Shown piece after piece: positions 1 to 10,707 of a DNA stretch of 64,000 bases. Below the pieces are notes generated by a model that saw nothing but the letters and a program-made list of their open reading frames with translations, was not told where the DNA came from and ran no database searches. Source of the stretch: Podarcis muralis (lineage: Eukaryota). How positions within the stretch are numbered: the stretch's first letter is position 1; each line of letters starts with the position of its first letter. A program made the position numbers and the translations under genes. The stretch lies in the NCBI RefSeq assembly GCF_964188315.1, contig NC_135661.1, positions 58,466,001-58,530,000 on the forward strand, read 5' to 3'.

Positions 1-1299
1 ACATGCATCCCCTGAAACTGGAGCTGAAATTGTGTGGATGTGCCCATCCAAATTTGACACGCACAGACTTTTCCAACTTCCTTAAGTCGACACTTAACTT
101 AGAACTTAAGTAAGATGCAGAAACCAAGCCCAGAGTGATGAACCTGAGCAGTGTTCATCTGACCTCCTGGCAGCAGAGCTGCTGCTGTTGCTTACAAGGA
201 AGAATGGGGAGATCATTGCTGGGCAAATGTGCTGGCTGAGCCGATATGGCACTCCTGTCAGTGGATCTGCATAACAGAAACCTCCTCACCTCTTCTGCTA
301 CTGGGCCTCAGAAACCAGATGTTGCTGCCTACTCTAATTATTATGCCAACTTGTAATAGTCACTTGTAGAGAGTTCAGATCTCCTCTATTCAGGGAAATT
401 GTTAACTGGAACACTTGGTGTGGTGTTGCACTTTTTAATGTTCTCACTGTGCCTGCAATGACCACCAGTGTGCGAGAACAGGTAAGTAATTTTTGCAGGA
501 CAAATGTTTGTGGGGGTAGAGAGATGCACAACTTCAGTCCTCCTCTGCAAACACACATAGAGTTTCATCTAATGTATGAAGACTATCAAGAGTAGCTATT
601 AATACCACTTTGATATCAATGCAGAGGTAATAAGGATAAATAATCCAAAGTAAAAGCCAAAGATGGTTTTGGGGTTTAGAGGAAGCAGCACAGCTCTAAA
701 AGGCTGTAACAGGGATGATCTTCCCATGCAGAAGATCCCAGGTTAAATCCCCAGAATTTCAACACATTGGGTTTCAGGTATCAGGGCTGGGAAAACCCTC
801 TGCCCAGGGCCAGAAGGTCCACTAAGGTAGCTGGTATAAGGAAGAGATAGAGAAGCTGTGGCCCTCCAGATATTGTTGGAGTACAAGTCACATCACCCTC
901 AGCCCCATGGCCAAAAATCAGGGATTATGGAACTGGGAATCCAGCAACAAGTGACTGCCACGTTTCCCATCCCTGGTATAAGGCAACAACTTGTATCTTA
1001 CTACACATTCAGAAGTAAAATAATTTCAGAAACCGCCAATCTGTCAGAGTGACTACCCATGCAAACATTCTTTACTGTTTCATATTGTTACTCTGCAAAA
1101 TTAGCCCAGGAGTGCACTTGTCATGCTGTGTGAACAGACTCAAAAAGAGGTTTGAACGCCCAGGAAGACCTCAATAAAAGCCAAGTAGAAGTTTATCAAG
1201 GGCGGGAATGTAAATTTAGAGCCACACAGGCCCTCAAAATACTCCTAATATCCACCTTCTGATGTACTTATCACGACTCCTGGGAGCAGAAAGCAAAGC

Positions 1300-2460
1300 C
1301 CCGAATGCCGACAGGGACACCGACGGCGGGCCTTCCTAGCCCACAGAGGGGAAAGGAGACGGACACCTCACAAGCGCTGCCTCTTGGCGCGAGATGGAGC
1401 ACCTCGCCCGTAGGGAGGAGAACTGGGGACACCTCACCCACCCGCCCCAAGGGATGGAAGGGCTAGAACTGGGGCCGAAGCCACGCCGGCACGGTCGGAA
1501 TACCTGGAGCCAGGGGCGTGGGCGCCGGGGAGCAGCAGTGAGAGCTGCCGGAAAGGGAGGAAGAAGCCGAGGAGGGAGAATCGCCCGACGACCCGCCCTC
1601 CTGTTGGGTTATTACCGTATATATCTCCCCTCACATACAGACGTATCGTGAAGGGCTGGCACTTCTCTCCTGCCTCAAACTCAGCCGCGGAGGGAGACGG
1701 GGGAGACTCCCTCCTCCTGCTGCTTAGAGGCGGCCCAGAAGGGCAACAGAATACAGCCCCGGCCTCAGCGGAGCCCCCGCCCCACCTTCAAGGGACGGAG
1801 CGCGAAGGCCTCGCTGGAGCAGCGACGCCAGAGGCCGGAATGGGGTGCGGAGGAGACCCGGGAGAGAAGGGCCGAAGAGGCCCTTAAGGAAGGGAGGAGA
1901 CCCTCTCGCCGCCCACCCCGGGAGCCCAGAGAGGGGGAGGGAGAGGCGCCCGAGGAGGCGCCCCATGCCCGGCGCAGGCCCTCCCCGCCGAGCGCTTAGC
2001 CTCACCCATGCCTGCGTGCGTCCGTCGCTCTCTCTTCCCTCCAAAGGCGGCGGCAGCGGCGGCGGCAATATGGCGGGCGGGGCCGGAGCGGTGGGCCAAG
2101 CGGACGCGCCGGGAGGCGGAGGACGGGGCCGAAAGGGAAGCCGACGGCGGCCGAAGCGGGACAGAAAGCCTCGGTGGCACCGAGCGCCCGAGACCGGCCC
2201 CTTCCCTGAGCACGCCCCTTTTTTAAAGAGACAGTTGGGCGGAGCTGAGGGCGGGGCGTGGGGAGGTGGGCGGGGCGAGGAGGAAGAGGCCGTTTTGAGA
2301 CCGGGACAGGGCGCTTCGGGCGGGATGCAGGAGCGGGTGAAATCCCGGCGGGGCAAGCCGTGGCAGCGAAAGGAGACGGGCATCTGGTGGCCGTTTCGAA
2401 GGAGGCAGTTTTTGTTGTGGCCTGAATTCCCTTAGGGGAGGAGAGCCCGCTTCCTCCGCT
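1300..2460 (-). promoter_or_regulatory. CpG island and promoter of a minus-strand housekeeping-type gene
   Basis: Very GC- and CpG-rich. GC boxes (GGGCGG) at about 2236-2275 and a YY1-like CGCCATATTG on the minus strand at about 2066-2075. Boundaries approximate. Confidence 0.75.
2006..2009 (-). CDS. Candidate 4-nt coding first exon (ATG G|gtgag) of an unidentified gene; remaining exons would lie left of the window. Resembles KPNA5/KPNA6-type exon 1 from memory only
   Basis: Minus strand reads gcaggcATGG|gtgaggc: ATG at 2009-2007, donor GT at 2005-2004, inside the CpG island downstream of the YY1-like motif and GC boxes. Confidence 0.4.
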
Positions 2461-2644
2461 GCGTAAAGTGATAAGACGGGATGGGTGTATTTGTATTTGA
2501 CGAGAGTCAGTCCGTTAAATTAGTCGATTTCAGATATTCTGACCGTTTCGGAAAGAGGCCTCCTCCCCCCCACTAGTTAATCAGTGCTTTAAAAATACAA
2601 GAACTTTAAGCACCATCACAAAATTATTTCCAGCAATATAGTCC

Positions 2645-2822
2645 TGTTAGCCTCTTGCACCACAAAGAGTCTTGTGGCACCTATAGGCTAACAAATTTAT
2701 TATGGTATAACCTTTTGTGTTGCTCTGAATTATAGGTCAGAACATTATGCATCAGCTGAAGTTGACCGTAGGTCATGAAATCTTGTGCCACAACAAATCA
2801 TTTACCCTTTCAAGTTACCACT
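2645..2822. mobile_element. Penelope-like element terminal-repeat remnant (inverted pair)
   Basis: AAGAGTCTTGTGGCACC..GGCTAACAAATTTATTATGG followed by an inverted degenerate copy (TGCATC..GAAGT..GTAG..GAAA..TGCC..CCAC). Matches the reptile PLE terminus pattern as I recall it. Confidence 0.6.
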
Positions 2823-3554
2823 CTGTCACCTAAAAAGAGACATTCCTCCTCCTCCTGGGCAGGAGGGACCATCTCTTCTAAGATGAAGACTGTACACATA
2901 GAATCTAAAAATAAAAAACTCGCAACTTTTTTGAAGTGCCTCTTTCGAAGTGAAGTAAAAAACAGCTAAAGACTGCAGTATTCAGTTGGGCACTAGCTCC
3001 TTCCTTTATTAGAATATTTTGTGCCCACCTTTGGTACCCAAAAACAGAATACAAAACAGAGCATCTATTTAAAAATGGGGTGGGGGGGGTGTTGCACATG
3101 TGAAAGGCTATGAATGCAAAGCCACCTGCCACCCACCAGGGGGGTCTCAGCAAATGGTTGTAGCATTTAGGCAGTCTCCTGTGTGGCCTTTTAGATACCA
3201 ATTAAATGGTACAACAAACTGGCACCCAGTAGAGCTACTTGAGAACAAGTTTGAAAAGTTCATTTCAGCTGGGCCAAGTTATTAACCTCACTACTGTATT
3301 TTGAACTGGCAGAAGTTTCTCAGAAGTCTGCAAAGACAGCCCGTTATGTAACACACTGCAGTAGTCTAGCTTGGAGGTTAATAGTGTAGACATATATGGC
3401 TCAGATTATTTCTGTTGCAGAGTGGGGCAGTTTAGATGGGGATCATTTTATGTCAGATGTGCTACCTGGATTGTCTTTAATGAAGTAGAACTTTATCAAG
3501 TAAATTAAAAATCCAGTAGCAATATTGGATGCACGAAGAGCTTTTAAAGGAACT

Positions 3555-3723
3555 ACAGAATTGTAGGTTTAGAAGGGACCCCCCTGAGGGTCATCCAGTT
3601 CAATCACCCCCCCCCCTTCTGCCCCACAATGCAAAAATCCTGCTTGCAGCTATCCCTGGGAGGGCTCGAACCACCAACCTTCTGGTTAACAACCACACCC
3701 ATTGACCCATTGTGCCACTCAGG
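3555..3723 (-). mobile_element. tRNA-Asn-derived SINE with CR1 3' tail
   Basis: Minus 3722-3652 reads GTGGCACAATGGGT..TGTTAACCAGAAGGTTGGTGGTTCGAGCCCTCCCAGGGA (tRNA-Asn-GTT-like), followed by a CR1-type tail (GATGACCC..CCCTTCTAAACCTACAATTCT). Confidence 0.7.
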
Positions 3724-4228
3724 CTGTGAACCTGCCTCAGGTGTGTTTGTATGCACAATCTCATCCAACGCAAACTTTTCCACTCAGATGAGCCATCCAC
3801 CAACAACACTGCCATCCTCTTAGCGTGGAGCCTGTTTATTAGCCATCATCCATTACTGACCCCAGGCGCTGCTTTAGTGCTTTCACAGCCTCCAAGGCAT
3901 AGCAGAACTGAGTGTTAGCAGCATGGGCGGAATTAATTTTTTAAGAGAGAATAAGAGCTTGAGCTTCCATGCAAATAAAGCTCTCTGACAGAGGAGCTAT
4001 CCCTCCAAATCCCAGCAAGGGTTTGGGGACAGGGTGGTCATGGCAGCTGGCTGGGCTTACGCATCAAGGAGGGAAAGGTCCAGTTGCACCCTTTTATTAC
4101 CTGCATGTCCTGGGGCTGATTCCACTCCCCACTGCAGGGTTGATATGGGGAGGGGAGGGGAGCAGCAACAGAGAGAAACGAAGCAGAACTCCAGGAAGGA
4201 CACCCACAGAAACATTTTAAGGTGTCCT

Positions 4229-4234
4229 TTTATT
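4229..4234 (-). terminator. Candidate poly(A) signal of FAM229A
   Basis: AATAAA on the minus strand about 110 nt after the stop codon; a second one at 4093-4098. Confidence 0.5.
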
Positions 4235-4345
4235 AAAATGTGCGTCACTGTTCTGTGTGGCTTGCTTTGCTGTTGTCCGGCTGTCAGTGTGTTTCCTGGG
4301 ACAGCCGCTGTGGCCTCAGCACTCGAGCCCGACCTAGGGGAGCCT

Positions 4346-6706
4346 TCAGGTGGTTCGTGGCCTGTGGCTCCCACCCATGGCAATGTAGACGTCAATGGGG
4401 ACGTTGGGCAGGGTCAGGCAGTGGCACCCTGGACATCTTCGCAGCTGCCTGCCCAAAAGACAGAGAGAGTTGATCCCTGCATTTGTTAGGAGCTGCATAT
4501 TCATATGCACTATGCAAAATGAAATGTGTCCCAGAATGTCATTCTGTTTAAAATAAAATAAAATCCAAGTTCCAATTTCAAACAGAACTTAGGTGCTCCA
4601 CTTCACTAACACAGGCAATCGTTTCCATGTGTGGAGCTAGTAAGTGGGTGCAACTCACCAGGACCCATGATGGGAGGTGCTCAAGACAAGGACAGATTCC
4701 TCTAGTTATCATTGTTGCACCAAGTCTTACCTTTGGGGACACATTTAGGAAACCACTAGGAGCAGCAGAATGGGAAGGGCTGCTTAACACAACCTTTCCC
4801 CCCTCCCCGCCCCCCTTGATGTTTTGGACTACAGCTCCCATCAACCTCTGATTTGAGTTGTAGTCCAAAACATCAGGAGGGAACCAAGTTGAGGACAGCT
4901 GGATATTTGCCTGCACAAGCCCCACCGGACTAAATGAAATATATTAATTAGCACATGGCAGGGTGGGGGGAGATACAGATCTGGATTTGCCACTTCAGGC
5001 ATCAAAACATTGTGGGCCAGGGGAACGTCAATTCCAGATTTTCCCATCTACCTTCAAAATGCTGCACAGAGAGCGTGACAAAGCACAGTACAGTTGTTGT
5101 TGTTGTTGTTGTTAATCATCATTATTTATATTTGGATCCCACGTTTCCTCCCAAGAGATCAAGGTGGCTTACCTGGTTCTCCACTCCCATTTTATCCTCA
5201 AAACAACCCTGTGAGTTAGGTTACAGTAGGCTGAAAGTGAGTGAGTGGCCCAAGGTCACCTAGTGAGCTTTATGGCTGAGAGGGGATTTGACCCCTGGTC
5301 ATAGTCTTATACTTTCTATTGCCTGTTAGTTTCCCTACCACCAGGAAAATAATATATTTTATCCACTCCACACATATTTTCTTGACCATTTCTATCCCTC
5401 ATCAGCTAATTTATTCTAACAGCCCTTCATCTGGTCTCTGCATAAGCTGCAGTCAGGCTGGCAACTGACAACTGTTGACTGAGCCCTGTGAGGTTTGCAT
5501 ATGACTAGAGGTAATTTGCTGCTAAATTACCAAAGGACGATCCAGAGCAAATTTAGTGTCATTTCTTCTGCACTGCTTGATGGTTTGGGTGTACAGTGGT
5601 ACCTTGGGTTAAGTACTTAATTCGTTCCGGAGGTCCGTTCTTAACCTGAAACTGTTCTTAACCTGAAGCACCACTTTAGCTAATGGGGGGTCTCCCGCTG
5701 CAGCCGTACCGCCAGAGCACGATTTCTGTTCTCATCCTGAAGCAAAGTTCTTAACCTGAGGTACTGTTTCTGGGTTAGCGGAGTCTGTAACCTGAAGCAT
5801 CTGTAACCTGAAGCGTATGTAACCTGAGGTACCACTGTAACTAGTTCTGTCCACCCATATTTTCAGAGGCAGATTCCCTCATACACTTGCCTGCTCGATG
5901 CAATAGAAGACGGCTTAGCACCTGCACTCCACAGAAAGAGGAGGAGTGGCAGTTTAGGGAAACAGGAACCTGCCTTTTTTGAAGTCCATCTAGCCCATTA
6001 TCATCTATGCTGACTGGCAGTGGCTCTCCAGGGATTGAGGCAAGGGCAGTTTCCAGACCTGCTTGGCTATAAGGAAAAGGTAAAGGTACCCCTGCCCGTA
6101 CGGGCCAGTTGTGTCCGACTCTAGGGTTGCGCGCTCATCTCGCTCAAGAGGCCGGGAGCCAGCGCTGTCCGAAGACACTTCCGGGTCACGTGGCCAACGT
6201 GACGAAGCTGCATCTGGCAAGCCTGCACCAGCACAGCACATGGAAACGCCGTTTACCTTCCCACTATAAAGCGGTCCCTATTTATCTACTTGCACTTAGG
6301 GGTGCTTTCGAACTGCTAGGTAGGCAGGAGCTGGGACCGAACGACGGGAGCTCACCCCACCGCGGGGATTCGAACCGCCGACCTTACGATCAGCAAGTCC
6401 TAGGCACTGAGGTTTTAACCACAGCGCCACCCGCGTCCCACTCTTGCTTGGCTATAGCAGAGACTAAACCTGTGACCTTCTGTGTGCAAAGGAAATGCTC
6501 TTGCCAACTGAGCTACCACAGCCCTTCTCCTTCAGCTGTGGTGCCAGGGCTGAATCCTGCCTGTCGCACTGTGAAACATTTCCTTACCTTGTTGCAGTGC
6601 GCTCAGGGGCAACTGGCTCCTGTGTTTCGGGGGCAGTCGCCAGGCTGGGAGAATCTCCTGCCTCTATTGGAAATCTCCGAGCTTGTGGGGTCTCTTGGGA
6701 GCTCAT
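4346..6706 (-). CDS. FAM229A: FAM229A small protein, 73 aa, 2 coding exons (6706-6588, 4448-4346)
   Basis: Translation MSSQETPQARRFPIEAGDSPSLATAPETQEPVAPERTATR|QLRRCPGCHCLTLPNVPIDVYIAMGGSHRPRTT* carries the FAM229 motifs RRFPIEAGD and LRRCPGCHCLT..VPIDVY. Phase-2 junction AG|gtaagg ... tttgggcag|G. Lies head-to-head with TSSK3 as in mammals. Confidence 0.93.
4817..4875. mobile_element. Palindromic core of a hAT-type MITE (GACTACAACTCCC family)
   Basis: Arms TGATGTTTTGGACTACAGCTC and GAGTTGTAGTCCAAAACATCA. Confidence 0.6.
5096..5300 (-). mobile_element. MIR/Ther1-related (Squam3-like) SINE
   Basis: CCCATTTTATCCTCAAAACAACCCTGTGAG..TGGCCCAAGGTCACC..GGGGATTTGA, with a (GTT)n/(ATT)n tail at the left end. 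Confidence 0.6.
5594..5837. mobile_element. Tc1/Mariner MITE
   Basis: TIRs CAGTGGTACC / GGTACCACTG, TA target duplication, internal AACCTGAAG repeats. A near-identical copy lies at 46939-47163. Confidence 0.85.
5985..6525 (-). mobile_element. Older tRNA-derived SINE interrupted by a Sauria SINE
   Basis: Left part GTCCATCTAGCCC..CTGACTGGCAGTGGCTCTCCAGG; right part ACCTGTGACCTTCTGTGTGCAAAG..CTGAGCTA. Boundaries approximate. Confidence 0.55.
6075..6439 (-). mobile_element. Sauria SINE (Squam1), full length
   Basis: Minus strand starts GGGACGCGGGTGGCGCTGTGGTTAAAACC, has box B GGTTCGAATCCCC and ends in (ACCTTT)n. 12-bp TSD TGCTTGGCTATA at 6060-6071 and 6445-6456. Confidence 0.93.
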
Positions 6707-8548
6707 GTCCGAGCCCCAGACCTGTCTATGGAAGAGGAGAAGTGTTCAGTGGGACATCCCTCTGCCCCTGCGCCAGGCCCATCCACCTACTCCAAAATGC
6801 CAGCTGGGTAAGCAACTCAAGGAGCATCACACAGCAGCCTAGGAAGCTCCTGGTTCTTCCAAGGGTCCCCTGCCCCACTCTCAGGCCTCACAAGTGGGTG
6901 CTCAGAAGACATATCTGCCGATACCAATGAATTCTTTACTCCATTGGTTCGTTTTAGGGTTGTGATCTTTTGAAAAATACTCTGAATGTCTACAGTGTTT
7001 TTGTATATGCTGCCTGCTTAGATAATACATTGATATGTGAGTCACAGAAAGGGAGGGGAGCAAGAGAGAATCTGGTTTATGTGATTGGAAATGCAGCAAT
7101 AGTGTGTTCACAAGGGGGAGTGGATCCCATGTATTTGTGCATTGCTAAACATCCAATAGTTCTACATTTCTGACCATGTATGAAAGGACTCAGAGGGGTG
7201 CCAGAAGCTGCCTGGAGGCCCCAGCCAACCCCATACTTCAGCTGCTAGGAAGGTAAGTGTCTGTCTTCCTGTTCCTGTCCGTCCCCCGTCCCCCCACGTA
7301 CTACAGTATGGCTGCAACATTATTTAAAACAACTTCACCTTGTACCTTCAACCGAAACCTGACACAGAAAGTTTTCTCCTGGTGTGGAGAAAAGTTCGCC
7401 CCAGGCACTCTAAGTGGACTCCAGGCCAGCCCAGCCCAATACATTTCACTGCTCCCAAGGCAAAGGGCAAGAGGACAGCTGCTACCCATCCTGCAGAGGA
7501 AAGTTGCTGGGCTTGCAAGTGAATCGCAAGCAACAGGGTGGTGTCCTCTGCTGCACCCAAGGCCCCAGGTTAGTTTGGGGGGGGCGCAGGGCAGACCACA
7601 TAGCATGAACAAGTCCAACCAAGGGGAACAGCTTGGGGTGTTAAGGAACAGCAGCTGAGGGACCACTGCTATTGCCACTGCCCCCCAGAATCTACCACCT
7701 GAGGTGGTCGCTCCATTCTGCCTCATGACAGGGCCGACTGGTTCCACTCCTGCTTTGGTTGAGTATTGTTTGGGTGGCCCCACCATGGGATGCCTGGAGT
7801 CTGGCATCCTGGGCCAGCCTATTCTTCTGTCTTGCCCTTGGCTCCTCCGTCCCAGCCTTACCTATCAAAGGCGGAGGAGTGCTCCCTAAGAGTCTACTGG
7901 GCAGGTTGAAGCGCCTATTGCAAAGGGCAGGCTGGGACGGAGCCCAGAGGGAGGCAGCGGCTCAGCGGCATTGTGACTCGGAAGGGCTATGCTTGCATCA
8001 CAATGCATCCTGGCCTTCTCTCTGCTGATGGTCTCCAGGGCAGGGAATCCTAGGCTGAAAGCTCAGCCGAAGGCAGGCGGGCCCATTCCCTTCCTAGCCT
8101 TGCGGACAAGGAACTCAAGAGTCACTTCTTGCTCTCTGACAATATCCATCCATAATGGCATCAAAATCTGGGACGTTTGTGAGAGGACAATCTCATTTAC
8201 ATTCGCAAACCAGCCAACCCTATATGCTTTGCCCCTATTGTAGCACCAGTGTCTTCTATTACCCCCAGGTAAGAGCTTCTTTATTCATATCAGCTGACAG
8301 GTTTATATGATACCTCCAAGGGTTCGCAGTTGCTCAGCTCCTAGCAATTTTCCCTTTAACAAACCCTCCTCCTCCTCCTCCAGCCTCTCTAGTGATGTGG
8401 CTTTCTGGTCCTCCTGAGGCACAAAGGTGATGCTAGAAAACCTGTCTCTCTTGTCTTCCTTAACATGTGGCGCTGTATGAAAATGCCCACAGTGCCTTAA
8501 AGATGCCAAGCAGAAGTTAGGACTCCACCATCACGGGTCTGTTTAGAG

Positions 8549-8674
8549 CAGGGATGAGGAACCTGTGGCTCTCTAGATGTCCTTGCGTTGCAAAGTTCCC
8601 TTTGTCCATGCTAGCTGGAGGAAGGGGAGCTGGAATCTACCAATGTCTGTTGGACCACAAGTTCCCCATCCCTG
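8549..8674. mobile_element. hAT MITE
   Basis: TIRs CAGGGATGAGGAACCTGTGG / CCACAAGTTCCCCATCCCTG; 8-bp TSD GTTTAGAG / GTTTAGAA. Confidence 0.75.
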
Positions 8675-9472
8675 GTTTAGAAAGAGAAACACCAGTCTTT
8701 ACCTAATGGGTAAGGGAGGGATTAATTTTGGTTTCTAACTTTCTAGTGTACAACATGGGCCTTGAAGATTTCATTTGAAAAACCACTTACAATGGGTATA
8801 TTTGTTTCCAAACTCCAAGTTATGTCATCTCAACCCTTCAGATCTTGAGTTATTCATACATTTAACATCATAACTGCATAGTTCCAGGTCTTGCTACCAG
8901 CATACAAGATGGTGGTCTTCAGTTTGCCCAAAAGCACCAACATCAAAGCCCAAAGTGCTATCAGGCAGCCATTATTACAGAAGTCCAAAGAACAAACTTA
9001 CTGTTGTGTTTTCTTTCAGAAACTGATCATCTTCCTTATAAAGATCTGCTTGTACTGCTGGGACCTTTTAGCTTATAAAAAATGGTAATTGTGAGGGGTT
9101 CTCTAGTTAACAGATGGAGAAAAACAAGAAAAAACAACCCATCAGACCCTGATACACCTGGCTGGCCCTTCAGAAGGCATAATGCTCAGCTAGGTGGCCT
9201 ACTGGGGTTAAAATTAGTTTTGGGGTTCATCTTGACAGAATATTGTGCCCTGTTTTTTTGCAAATTCTGGAAGCTCTCTGTTGTGCACACAAATAGGTAT
9301 GCGGTCATAATTTTGGGAAGTGTGTGTGTTCTCTTCCTTTCAGAGGTTCCAGATGAAACACTGCTGTCTTAGAGGGGATGGGCAATGAGACTGGATACAT
9401 TGCCAAAATAGGGGCTAGCACTAGCCGCTATCCTCTTGGAGAATGCAGTGAGTGGGAGGGTGAAGGAGCTGT

Positions 9473-9537
9473 CATACCCTCCAACATTCCTCAGAAAATA
9501 GAATGTCCCTATTTTCTGAGAAATGTTGGAGGGCATG
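9473..9537. repeat. 65-bp inverted repeat (29-bp stem, 7-nt loop), probably a collapsed MITE
   Basis: CATACCCTCCAACATTCCTCAGAAAATAG aatgtcc CTATTTTCTGAGAAATGTTGGAGGGCATG, 2 mismatches. Confidence 0.8.
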
Positions 9538-10707
9538 CTATCTGGCCAGAAGGGTAGGATATTGAGGAGTGAGGGAATAGAGGAGAGGCAGTGGGGATGG
9601 CAGTGGAGGCCCACCAGCCTGCTGTAAGCCTTCAAGGACAGGAATAAAAGCAGCCGCATCCTTCAGTTTCTGTTTGGATAGTTCTTCCTTGGGGGTCTTG
9701 ATGAGTGAGAGAGCAAGTTATTTGGAGCAAAGCCCCTGCTTGGCTTCTGGCTGCAAATGCCTCTAGGGCATCTCTCCCTGTGCCCAGACCCAACCCACGA
9801 GGCTGCTGTACCACACTGGCCCTCTCTGTGCTGATAAGTCCCATTATATATCATAGATGAGTGATTCGAAGTAGACCACAGACTGATGCCCAGCAATTCC
9901 AGCAGCCACAGGTGCAATTCCCAATGTGGTGTTCACAGATACAGAAGCACATGCAAAGCCCCCCTCCTGCAGCGTCCACAGGTTCCCTTCTCTGTACTTG
10001 AAATTTGGTTTGAATGAAGCATTCTGCTGTAGCCAACAGAACATGTTGCGTTGTGTGTGGCACCCACAACAGATTATCTGGTTTGCAGATGTGTCCAACA
10101 AACTTTTATCTTAAGGAAATCATCTCACTGAATAAGAAAATGGTTGAGGGAATTAGAATACTTACTCTTAAGAGTTGCCTGACGTAGTTAGACCCAAATC
10201 CTGCCAAGTAGCCTCAAGCCAGCAGACTTCCATGATGGGGAAAAGAAGACTAACTTAATTGTCCATGTTCACCCTGGACAAATAAAGAGGTTCACTACAC
10301 TACAGTGTGGACTATATTCATCTCTTACCCAAGGCCTCAAAGCTGTAGGCCTCTTGGCAGGTTAACCCATCACCCCCCTGGAGGGCACTGGAGGATGCTG
10401 AGGGCTTGGGCAATGCAGGCTTTCCAAGGAAGCATGTCTGCTTTCCTCCCATTGGTGCAAAACTACTACCTCCAGCCGGGGGTCCTCAGGTAACACAAGG
10501 TTGCATCACAATGGGGGCTCAAAGTTTCAAGATGTCCAACCTCAGTTTCACCCCTCATCAAAGGACCTTGTCTGGGCAGGAAAAATGATCTAGCATCCTG
10601 GGCTGCAATCAATGCAGACCCTGGTCTGGGAGGCGAAGGACGGCGATGTATATACTTTGTGGTGACATGATGTCCTGAGAATGACAGATGAGCACGTTAA
10701 AGACACA

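Noticed and set aside
470-490. Plus-strand donor CAG|GTAAGT
   Set aside because: Isolated, with no matching acceptor or ORF; probably lies antisense in an intron of the leftward gene.
1394-2435. Long GC-rich ORFs on both strands (up to 219 aa)
   Set aside because: Typical stop-poor CpG-island frames; low complexity, no recognisable domain.
3652-3722. Apparent tRNA-Asn gene
   Set aside because: Acceptor and D stems are disrupted and it is fused to a CR1 tail; treated as a SINE head.
6109-6930. 273-aa plus-strand ORF
   Set aside because: Runs through a Sauria SINE and antisense over the FAM229A exon; not a gene.
9844-10114. Cys-rich short ORFs (..CMCFCICEHHIGNCTCGCWNC..)
   Set aside because: No family recognised and no convincing splice or start context; TG-rich DNA readily yields Cys.
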